Made by a program: the position numbers and the translations under genes. DNA of 64,000 nt from Heptranchias perlo. Its lineage: Eukaryota. Below are positions 41,450-51,203 of this stretch, in pieces. Every line of letters starts with the position of its first letter. Position 1 is the stretch's first letter. The notes under the pieces are model-generated. The model saw nothing but the letters and a program-made list of their open reading frames with translations. It was not told the DNA's origin and did no database searches. The stretch spans positions 15,438,001 to 15,502,000 of the forward strand of contig NC_090356.1 of assembly GCF_035084215.1 (NCBI RefSeq), in the 5' to 3' direction.

Positions 41450-42682
41450 ACAACACAAAGCCCAACATAGATTTAAACACAAAGCTCAACATAGACTTCA
41501 ATACAGAGCCCAACATAGATTTAAACACAGAGCTCCACATAGACTTCAACAGAGCTCAACATAGACTTCAACACAGAGCTCCACATAGACTTCAACAGAG
41601 CTCAACATAGACTTCAACAGAGCTCAACATAGACTTCAACACAGAGCTCAACATGGACTTCAACAGAGCTCAACACAGAGCCCAACATAGATTTAAACAC
41701 AGAGCCCAACATAGATTTAAACACAGAGCCCAACATAGATTTAAACACAGAGCTCAACATAGATTTAAACACAGAGCTCAACATAGACTTCAACACAGAG
41801 CTCAACATAGACTTCAACAGAGCTCAACATAGACTTCAACACAGAGCTCAACATAGACTTCAACACAGAGCTCAACATAGACTTCAACAGAGCTCAACAT
41901 AGACTTCAACACAGAGCTCAACATAGACTTCAACACAGAGCTCAACATAGACTTCAACACAGAGCTCAACATAGACTTCAACACAGAGCTCAACATAGAC
42001 TTCAACAGAGCTCAACATAGACTTCAACACAGAGCTCAACATAGACTTCAACACAGAGCTCAACATAGACTTCAACACAGAGCTCAACATAGACTTCAAC
42101 AGAGCTCAACATAGACTTCAACACAGAGCTCAACATGGACTTCAACAGAGCTCAACATAGACTTCAACACAGAGCTCAACACAGAGCCCAACATAGATTT
42201 AAACACAGAGCTCAACATAGACTTCAACACAGAGCTAAACATAGATTTAAACACAAAGCTCAACATAGACTTCAATACAGAGCTCAACATAGATTTAAAC
42301 ACAGAGCCCAACAAAAAGCTCAACATAGACTTCAACACAGAGCTAAACATAGATTTAAAGACAGAGCTCAACACAGAGCCCAACATAGATTTAAACATAG
42401 ACTTCAACACAGAGCCCAACATAGACTTCAACATAGACTTCAACATAGAGCTCAACATAGATTTAAACATAGAGCTCAACATAGATTTAAACATAGAGCT
42501 CAACATAGACTTCAACATAGAGCTCAACATAGATTTAAACATAGAGCTCAACATAGACTTCAACATAGAGCTCAACATAGATTTAAACATAGAGCTCAAC
42601 ATAGACTTCAACATAGAGCTCAACATAGATTTAAACATAGAGCTCAACATAGACTTCAACACAGAGCTCAACATAGACTTCA
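41450..42682. repeat. Minisatellite of 12-bp monomers forming ~24-bp (and 22-bp) units, in the J-C intron
   Basis: Consensus AACACAGAGCTC-AACATAGACTTC with variants AACATAGATTTA and AACACAGAGCCC; about 44 AGCT motifs by manual count. Confidence 0.97.
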
Positions 42683-42928
42683 CAGCAACGCCCGCTCAAT
42701 ATATCATTAAAGAAACAGGCGGATAGAAATTGGTTATTTTATTTCGTAAATTGGGTTGAGACCATTTTCCTGTTTGTGATATTCTTATTTGAAATTGTAT
42801 TTGTGTATATACAAAATTGAATTGAAATTGAATTTTCTTGAAACAATCCGTTTCCACACCCGGCTGATTGGTTTTGGAAATTTATCTAGAGTGTCTTGAA
42901 TATCTGGATGACTTTTTTTGAAGCGTTT

Positions 42929-42985
42929 ACTAATTTGCCATTAAGTTTTAGACTGGTCCTATTTCCAATCAGCACTGGCACAGTG
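42929..42985 (-). pseudogene. Pseudo-J segment (J2), degenerate duplicate of J1
   Basis: Perfect heptamer (42979-42985), then PVLIGNRTSLKLN (FGNG changed to IGNR); donor region GGCAA-ATTAGT-AAACGC versus J1 GGCAA-GTAAGT-GAAACGC, so the GT is lost. Confidence 0.7.
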
Positions 42986-43851
42986 TAACACCCGAACCGT
43001 CGGCCCCGCATAGGGGAGCAAAGACCAGCCTGGAGCATCACTTTCATCCGCAAGATTTAACATATAGAATGTTGAGCACATCATTATTTTGTCGTATTTA
43101 ACAATAACTCCAGGTCACCCCGTGCTTAATTCCACCCTTTAGTGTGCGGTTGTCGGTTTTACTTTGGTACTTGCGCCGTTTTTGCTGTAGCTGTTTGCAC
43201 AAGAAACTCGTCCAGTACGAGAATCGTAACTTTAATTGGATACAATAATACAAGCTCCCCGGCTCAACACTACGATCAAATCACTTATTTTCGTTTTTAC
43301 AGCTAAACGTTCGATAACGGTGTTAACTGCAGAAATGATCCATCTGAATGAACTTCCATTTGGAATGACTTTTTGCATTGTGTTGCTCAAATTTAATTAC
43401 TGACAGGCAGGAAGCTATTAATCCAGCTCCCTGTTTGTCTTTATTAATTGGCTTGATAATTATAATGACCTTCAGCAAAATGCATGCAACATGTTCTCTT
43501 TACTTTTATAAGTGATAATTTAGCAACAGCGACCACTGTAGAAATGGTACGGGCAATTGGACAACGATTTGAATTCTATAGTTATCCATGAGACGAGGGA
43601 TGAAACGAAAACCCAATAAGGTCATCAGGTCTCAATGATGTCTGTGGGTGATTGTTATAAAAATGGATCGTTCACTATCAGGTATCAAACATGCACCCTG
43701 ACAGTCTGAGATAGCTTTCTATCTATCCAGTTAATCTTTCTTCTTGTCTCATTTTCTCTTTTCAAACATTTAAATTCCTGGCCCGAAAAAATAAAATAAA
43801 ATTTAATCATTGCATATTCTGGAAAATAGTCACTCAGTGCGTTTCACTTAC

Positions 43852-43894
43852 TTGCCACGACTTTCAGGGGGGTTCCATTTCCAAAGATAAGCTT
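43852..43894 (-). CDS. TCR-like gene: functional J segment
   Basis: KLIFGNGTPLKVVA-A|GTAAGT; FGXG motif; phase-1 donor in frame with the C exon. Confidence 0.92.
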
Positions 43895-43933
43895 CACGGT
43901 GTCACGAACAGCTCGCTGTCACACACCAAACGT
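43895..43933 (+). other. J1 5' RSS (heptamer CACGGTG; weak nonamer near 23-bp spacer)
   Basis: CACGGTG, 23 nt, ACCAAACGT; heptamer position matches that of the paralogous pseudo-J (9 nt before the F/I-G codons). Confidence 0.55.
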
Positions 43934-44121
43934 TCCATTGAAAGAGCCGAGGCGAGGACCAAGCGCCCAATCCCACTCCACAATTATCACCGATATCCCG
44001 ATAGTGAGGCAGAAAGAAAAAAAAACTGGATCAAGATGACGGCTACGGTAACGTTGTACTTGGAAAGTTAGGTGGCACTTCCACAAAAGCTCTCCTCTTG
44101 CCACGGGGGACAATCTCCCGT

Positions 44122-44149
44122 TTAATTTGACACGGTTTATTACACTGTG
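44122..44149 (-). other. D 3' RSS (perfect heptamer; weak nonamer, best fit at 12-bp spacer)
   Basis: CACAGTG, 12 nt, TCAAATTAA; the 22/23 position gives GGGAGATTG, which does not resemble a nonamer. Confidence 0.55.
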
Positions 44150-44166
44150 CCTGCTGTTGCCCCCCG
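44150..44166 (-). other. TCR-like gene: D segment CGGGGGGCAACAGCAGG
   Basis: 17 nt, G-rich, open in all three frames (RGATA / GGQQQ / GGNSR), bracketed by two heptamers. Confidence 0.88.
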
Positions 44167-44194
44167 CACATTGTTTTATCTTTGTTCAAAAACC
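44167..44194 (+). other. D 5' RSS (12-bp spacer)
   Basis: CACATTG, 12 nt, TCAAAAACC (8/9 consensus); 12/23-compatible with the V RSS. Confidence 0.9.
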
Positions 44195-44562
44195 CAGTGC
44201 GACACACCGAGTACAGACTGCATTGAACGCCGATTTTCGTAAGAATCAAAAATGTTAAGCTTTTACAGACCCCTCACTACATGTTACTTCCCTCCTCCAT
44301 TTTTTGATGTTTCTCTGATGGCTCGTCCCTCTGTATTCTTGGAGCACTCTGCAATCTCATTAATACCTTACCCATGACACCGGTCCGTGTGGAGATGACT
44401 GGTATACACTTTGATTGATGATGGACACTTTGTGGCGTTATTTTCGGGGTTACTTAAAAAAATTAAAAGGCTTAAAATCCACTTGAGTTGTTAAAATGCT
44501 TGTCACGTTCTCGATAACTGATGCTGCAGTCACACTATCGCCAGCCTCGCCTTGGGTGCGAG

Positions 44563-44975
44563 ACTGGGCTCAGTGGTATCACTCTTGCCTCTGAGGTAAA
44601 AGGTCGTGGGTTCAAGCCCTATCCTGGATACATAGTCCAGGCTGACACTTCAGTGCAGTACTGAGGGAATGCTGCACTGTTGGAGCTCTGGTCCTTTTGA
44701 TGAGACTTTACGCCGAGGCTGGTGGGCTCTTTCAGGTGGACCTAAAAGATCTGTGTGTTCTGGCCAATATTTATCCCTCAATCAATATTACTAAAACAGA
44801 TTAGCTGGTCGTTTATCTCACTGCTGTTTGTGGGACCTTGCTGTGCTCAAATTGGCTATCTTGTTTCTCTACATTATAGCAGTGATTCCACTTCAAAAGT
44901 ATTTCCATTGGCTGTAAAACACCTTGGGACTCCTGGGGTTGCGGAAAGAGCTGTATAAATGTGGAGTTCTTCCTT
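44563..44975 (+). mobile_element. tRNA-derived SINE (Deu-type core)
   Basis: Pol III A box GGCTCAGTGG, B box GGTTCAAGCCC, core CAGTGCAGTACTGAGGGAATGCTGCACTG and an L2-like tail. Confidence 0.75.
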
Positions 44976-45304
44976 TCTTTATAAGCCCCCTCATAATACT
45001 GGTATCATTATGGAGTGGTTTAAGTGGGCATTGGATTCAATGCCCTGGAATAAAGGAAGCAAAGCTCTGTACAGGTGCACTTAAACATCTGTACAAGCTC
45101 CCCTCACCAGCTCCCAAATGCTGGCGAAATGTTCAGTTAGAAAAGACCCAACCATCCTGTGAGTTACTCTCTATCATTAAAAACTGACACTTTAAAAATG
45201 CTGGGGGCCCCTGAACTCCTTTCCTCTGCAGACACAAAGGTTCAGAGGAGACATTCCAGTATTCAAGATCATTAAGGGGAAAGATAAGTTTGCACTCTTA
45301 GTAT

Positions 45305-48222
45305 CACAGTATCATAGTAGGTAAAGTACAGGAGGAGGCTATTCAGCCCATTGTGCCTGTGCCAACTCTTTGAAAGAGCTATCCAATTGGTCCTTTTCCC
45401 CTGCTCTTTCCCCATTGCCCTGTAATTTCTTTTCCTTCAAGTATTTGTCCAATTCCCTTTTGAGAGTTACTATTGAATCTACTTCCACCACCCTTTCAGG
45501 CAGTGCATTCAAGATCATTACAACTCACTGCATTAAAAAATGTTTCCTCATGTCACCTCTGGCTCTTTTGCCGATCACCTTAAATCTGTGTTTTCTGGTT
45601 ACCAACCCTTCTGCCACCGGAAACAATTTCTCCTAATTTACTCTGTGAAAACCGTTCATGATTTTGAACACCTCAATCAAATCTCCCCTTAACCTTCTCT
45701 GTTCTAAGGAGAGCAACCCCAGCTTCTCCAATCTCTCCACATAACTGAAGTCTCTCATCCCTGGTACCATTCTGGTAAATCCCTTCTGCACCCTCTCTAA
45801 GGCCTTGACATCCTTCCTAAAGTGTGGTGCCCAGAATTGAACACAATACTCCTGCTGAGGCCTAACCAGTGTTTTAGGTTTAGCACAACGTCCTTGCTTT
45901 TGTACTCTGTGCTAGACAATGCCGTTGTGTATTAAAAATGTAACAGATAAAAGAATTGTTTAATGCAGTGTATGTAATCATGAAATGCATTTAATATGTA
46001 ACCACACATATTGTATTAATCATATGTTTTTATTAACCACATTTATTATATGTAACCACATTTATTCAGTACATTAACCAAGGCAATTGGATAGTAGTGA
46101 GCTTGGACAATGTGTGTTTAAACCCCACAGTTAACACTTCATTTAAGTTTCATTGATATAAAAGAATCTAGCATGTCTGGGAAAAGGCAAGCTGCATTCC
46201 CCAAAGGAAATAAGGAGAACACCAAGTGTCTTGCCATTGTCTAGAACACGTTACTGTTATCAGCCGAATCTTTTTAACAAGTTGATGAGATTAAGTCTGA
46301 CCTCCTCAGCAAGTTGAATTGGTTAAGTCAGCATGCCACATGATCCTCAGCTACAGTGCATAAATATACAGCTTGAACAAAGGTTCAGAGTAGAGGAACC
46401 CCCAAGGATGCAGACTAGATTTGTCCAGGCGAACGTAAATGCTGATAAGAGCCTAATGCCTGTGTAGCCTGAAGAAGTCTGCAGAAAGTAGGATTTGTGG
46501 GATCCAAGGGGTGGGGGCTGATAGGACCACGAGAAGTGAAAGGCCAAGGCACAAGCTCTACCCAGCGTGGAAGCAGGTAATATATCTTCAGTTTCCATTC
46601 TGTAAACTGCTGCTTAAATACTAAGTGTATTAAACTGTTCTTTGCAATAAAGCATTTGCACTGTAACTAATTGGTATCAACTCGAATCTTTCGGAACTGG
46701 GAAGTAAGTAAAGGAGCAGGGGCTCCCTAAGAATACATATACCATATTCCCAATATCTATGCCTCTATTAATAAATGTAAACAATTTTACAACACCAAGT
46801 TATAGTCCAGCAATTTTATTTTAAATTCACAAGCTTTCGGAGGCTTCCTCCTTCGTCAGGTGAACGATGTGAAGGAGGAAGGAGGAAGCCTCCGAAAGCT
46901 TGTGAATTTAAAATAAAATTGCTGGACTATAACTTGGTGTTGTAAAATTGTTTACAATTGTCAACCCCAGTCCATCACCGGCATCTCCACATCATGTCTA
47001 TTAATAAAGCCCAGGATCCCATATGCTTTTTTAACAGCCTTCTCAACTTGTCCTGCCACCTTAAAAGATTTGTGTATTTGCACCCCCAGGTCTTTCTGTT
47101 ACTGCACCCCCTTTAAAATGGTACAATTTAGTTTATATTGCCTCTCCTTATTCTTCCTACCAAAATGCATCACTTCACATTTCTCTGCATTAAATTTCAT
47201 CTGCCATGTGGCTGCCCATTTCACCAGTCTGTCTATCTCCTCTTGTAGTCTGTTACTATCCTCCACATTGTTTACTACAATTCCAAGTTTCATGTCATCT
47301 GCAAACTTTGAAATTATACCCTCTATACCCAAGTCCAGGTCATTAATATATACAAAAAGAGCAGTGGCCCTATACTGACCCCTGGGGAACACCACTGTAT
47401 ACTTCCCTCCAGTCTGAAAAAACAAATGTTCATCACTACTCTCTGCTTTCTGTCCCCCAGCCAATTTTGTATCCATGCTACCACTGTCCCTTTAATCCCA
47501 TGGGCTTTAATTTTGCCAACAAGTCTATTCTGTGGCACTTTATCAAATAGCTTTTGAAAGTCCATATACACAACATCAACCACACTACCCTCAGCAACCC
47601 TCTTCATTACTTCATCAAAGAACTCAATCAAGTTAGTCAAACACAATTTTCCATTAACAAATCTGTGCTCATTTCATTTATCAGCCCATACTTTTCCATG
47701 TGCCAATTAATTTTGTCTTGGATTATTGTCTCTAAAAGTTTCCCCACCACTTGTGTTAGGCTGACTGGTCTGTAATTGCCGGCTTTATTCCTCTCCCCTT
47801 TTTTGAGCAGGGGTGTAACATTTGCAATCCTCCAGTCCTCCAGCACCATCCTCATGTCTAAGAGGGAATTGGAAGATTGTGGCCAGAGCCTCTGCAATTT
47901 CCACCCTTACTTCCCTCAGTAACCCAGGATGCATCCTATCTGGACCAGGTGACTTTTCTACTTTGAGTACTGCCAATCTTTTAAGTACCTCCTTTTTATC
48001 TATTTTTATTCTATCTAACACCACTACTATCTCCTCCATTACTGCTACAATGGCAGCATCCTCTTCTCTAGTGAAGACTAATGCTAAGTATTCATTTAGT
48101 GCCTCAGCCATGCCCTCTGCCTCCACAAGAAGATCTCCTTTTTTGTCCCTAATCCGTCCCTTTCACTATTCATATGTTTATAAAAGACTTTTGGGTTCCC
48201 TTTTATGTTACCTGCTAATCTA
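45305..48222 (-). mobile_element. CR1 LINE (RT to 3' end) interrupted by nested insertions at about 45910-47000
   Basis: KSPGPD, NYRPVSLT, CLTNLIEFF, YMDFQK.FDKVP and KFADD motifs; the CR1 sequence resumes after the inserts. Confidence 0.9.
46776..46996. mobile_element. Penelope-like fragment with a 79-bp perfect inverted repeat and a 12-bp target-site duplication
   Basis: Arms 46776-46854 and 46878-46956; TCTATTAATAAA at 46764-46775 and 46997-47008. Confidence 0.75.
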
Positions 48223-50194
48223 TTCGGATTGAATGCAATTTTCATGCTAGGGATGTAACGCCAGATTTTGAAACATTAGCGTTAAAAGCTCATACTCTCA
48301 TTCTCATTCCTTTTTTTAGATCTCTTCTGTGCTTTCCGTATTCAGCCCTGGTTCTCTACTGTATTATGAACTCTACTCTATAGTATATTTGAGATTACCA
48401 TGAACTCCAGAACCAGGAGGTGGGTGGGGGCGGCTGGGGCTTAGAAGAGGGAAGGTGCACGGACAGTTTAGGTTTAACTATTTAACAGACAGGCTGGTGA
48501 ATATGTGTAACAGACTGCCCACAGTTGTGGAAAATCTTTAGAGAGATATTTGAGGAAGTGGGCGGTTGAGGGCTATTAGTGTTTCGGGGACCAGTCAGAT
48601 TGACCCCAGAATCCTTCTCAGTCCTGTATTTTTCTATGTTTCTATGAACAGCTTTTAACGCTAATGTTTCAAAATTTGGCGTTGCATCCCCAGCATGAAA
48701 ATTTCATTCCGTCCGAAGCTGGGCTGAGCTCCTCCTCCAGGTATTCACAATGGTAAAAAAGACCAAATCAATGCAAGTTTGGCAAGTACGGCTATACTGC
48801 TCCACTTTCCACGGCTGCCACAGGAAACGGAATCGCACCACAAAGATCCTTTTAAATAAATAAAACCATTAGAAAAAAATGATAATCTGCGGTTTGATTT
48901 TTTCTGTTTCTGTTCATTTTGCGTTTTCCCTCGAAGATTGTTTTAATAGTGATGAGCGATAATATTGCTTGAAAGATTTATTGATTTGGTAAGTGTGAGG
49001 CAGCTGCGTTAACAATCAGGAACTGATTAAATCACACAAGCATTGCATATAGGTCGCTATAATTTCTGCACTCGTTCTAGTGCAAAGTTGCACAGCGTGG
49101 TTTATTTCCTCTTACATTGGGGATTCCTACCTGTGCTGCATGATTGTGCAAAATGACGCAAGGGAACCATAACAAAGATATTGGACTGTATGATGCACGT
49201 AAATTCGCTGATATGCTTAGGTAGCTTTACATAGGCTGACCTATCAGCCAGTCAGAAAGTAAGAAATGCGAGACCAGATGAAACCAACAAGAAATATCAA
49301 GTAAGGAAGAAGGAAATGAGAGGGCAACCCAAGTTAAACTACACCCACTGAACTAACAAGGATCTTGAGAAGAGAAAATATATTGGAGGGTTTCCTGGTG
49401 CTAAAGTAACTATTGCTGATCTTTCTGTCGCGCTAGAAGCTGAAGATTACTGTATTTGGTGCCGTTATTTCTCTCGCCACATGAACAGTATCTAAAATAT
49501 TGCACTCTTTTCGCATCTGTGCAAATCCAAAACTCCTGCTCAGCAACATGAAAATGATAGTGGAGCAGATAATGTGGTCCTGGTGGAAAGGCACTGACAC
49601 TGCGTGCATCTGTAGCGCTTATTGCTAAGCTCGTGCTATAAAATTTAAACACATTATCAGCCCTCCCAGTGCATGACATGTTGGGGGTGTGCAGGGGTCA
49701 GGGGTGGAATCTCCAATGCCAGCAACTCTTTACAAGATGGCAATTAAAGAGGAACTGGCTGTCAGTTTGAGAAATATCAGAAGCAAGGTGCAGAGACAAC
49801 AGTCCAAGATGTTACTTTGGAGGAGCTACAGAGAAGAGGGGAGATCTTTTGGAGCAGCGGGGGCCTCTACTCAAGGATGCTGCCAAAGCAGCCCGGATGG
49901 AGGAAGCAGAGAATGTTAACGCTGTCTCACCCGATGGGATGAACCTGTGAGCCAGTGAGGAAGCGATTTATTGGGCCCCGCAAGGTTGCTAAGAAAACAA
50001 CTCATCTGTTCTCTACACAGATGCTGACTAGTCTGCTGAATGTTTGCAGCCATTTTCTATTTTTGTTTCGTAGAACTAGGTTTAGTGTGTGACTTCGAGG
50101 AAGTCGTTATTAGATTTCTGATATCTGATCACTATTGCACTTAATTACATCGACCAATTATGAAAAATCTGTATTTTTTTCATAGATTTAATAG

Positions 50195-50540
50195 AGGTGT
50201 TCAAAATCTGGAAGGGTTTTGATAGAGTAAATAAGGAGAAACTGTTTCCAGTGGCAGAAGGATTGGTAACCAGAGAATATAAGTTTCAGGTAATTGGCAA
50301 AAGAACCAGTGGGGACATGAGATTTTTTTGACGCAGCGAGTTGTTATCTGGAATGCACTGCCTGAAAAGGTGGGTGGAAGCAGATTCAATAATAACTTTG
50401 AGGGAAATTGGATAAATACTTGAAGGGGGAACAAATTGCAGGGCTATGGGAAAAGGCAGGGGAGTTGGACTAATTGGATAGCCCTTTCAAAGTGCTGGCG
50501 CAGGCTCAATGGGCCGAATGGCCTCCTGCGTTGTGTCATT
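50195..50540 (+). mobile_element. CR1 LINE 3' end adjoining the V RSS
   Basis: Homologous to the reverse complement of 45330-45690; ends about 30 nt from the nonamer. Confidence 0.8.
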
Positions 50541-50569
50541 CTATTATTCCATGCCTCTGCTTTGTGATG

Positions 50570-50607
50570 TGATTTTGTATGAACACCCGCCTGCTTGCAC
50601 CGCTGTG
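50570..50607 (-). other. V 3' recombination signal sequence (22-bp spacer)
   Basis: CACAGCG, 22 nt, ACAAAATCA (7/9 match to ACAAAAACC). Confidence 0.85.
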
Positions 50608-50910
50608 CGAAACTAGCAGCGCAGAAATACACGGCGCTGTCTCCCAGTTCGAGCGAGGTTATAATCAAGTTGCAGTTAGAAGCGTCTGGTCGAGAAACAT
50701 TGAACCTTGCGGGAATTGCCGAAGTAGTTTGCTTCTTTACTCCATATGCTTGTTGATTATACAAGATGAAATTCAAGCGTTCTCCTGGAATCTGCTTGTA
50801 CCAGTACATGTATTCCCAGGTACCGCTCTGGGTGCATTTTATTTCCACGTCCTGTCCCACAGTCTCTGTGGCAGAGGGAGATTGTGTGACAGAATTGTCC
50901 GGCGCGGCGC
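50608..50910 (-). CDS. TCR-like gene: V segment (V-beta-like)
   Basis: cctag| GAAPDNSVTQSPSATETVGQDVEIKC..YMYWYKQ..RFNVSRPDASNCNLIITSLELGDSAVYFCAASF; conserved Cys/Trp/Cys of a V-set domain; no stop; RSS follows directly. Confidence 0.93.
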
Positions 50911-51075
50911 CTAGGTGAGGAAAAAATGCGAATGAGTCACTGAAATTCTGTCCCAAAACGTTTTATTTTAAACCGAGCTATTTCCTCACAGTCAATGGAA
51001 GCGTGGCTTCTTAAATAAACTTTAATCTACACCCTAGCTTTGTATTAAACGCTGATCTCCTGCTAAAATACTCAC

Positions 51076-51133
51076 CTGCCCACGACAGAAAGATGAAGAG
51101 AATCAATCGACTCGGCTGCATCTTCTCAGGCAT
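51076..51133 (-). CDS. TCR-like gene: leader (signal peptide) exon
   Basis: MPEKMQPSRLILFIFLSWA-G|gtgagt; hydrophobic core; phase-1 intron of 165 nt to the V exon. Confidence 0.85.
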
Positions 51134-51161
51134 CAGTGACACTGGGACCAGTGAGTGATCC

Positions 51162-51203
51162 TTTATACACTCCGTGAAGGATGTTACGTTAGAACCCTGC
51201 GGT
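51162..51203 (-). promoter_or_regulatory. Candidate V-gene promoter
   Basis: TATAAA (51167-51162) about 30 nt upstream of the leader ATG; Runx-type TGCGGT at 51198-51203; no Ig octamer seen in the next ~250 bp. Confidence 0.5.

Noticed and set aside
41450-42682. CRISPR-like periodic array
   Set aside because: No unique spacers, eukaryotic context, no cas genes.
41614-42710. Long ORFs (KSMLSSVL)n and (AQHRLQHR)n
   Set aside because: By-products of the 12/24-bp minisatellite; 22-bp units break the frame.
43177-43204. Possible second D RSS (nonamer-like CGTTTTTGC, 12 nt, CACAAGA)
   Set aside because: The heptamer lacks the required CAC in the orientation set by the nonamer, and there is no partner RSS.
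49091-49130. CACAGCG heptamer between V and D (also one at 57747)
   Set aside because: No nonamer at 12 or 22/23 spacing and no adjacent coding segment.
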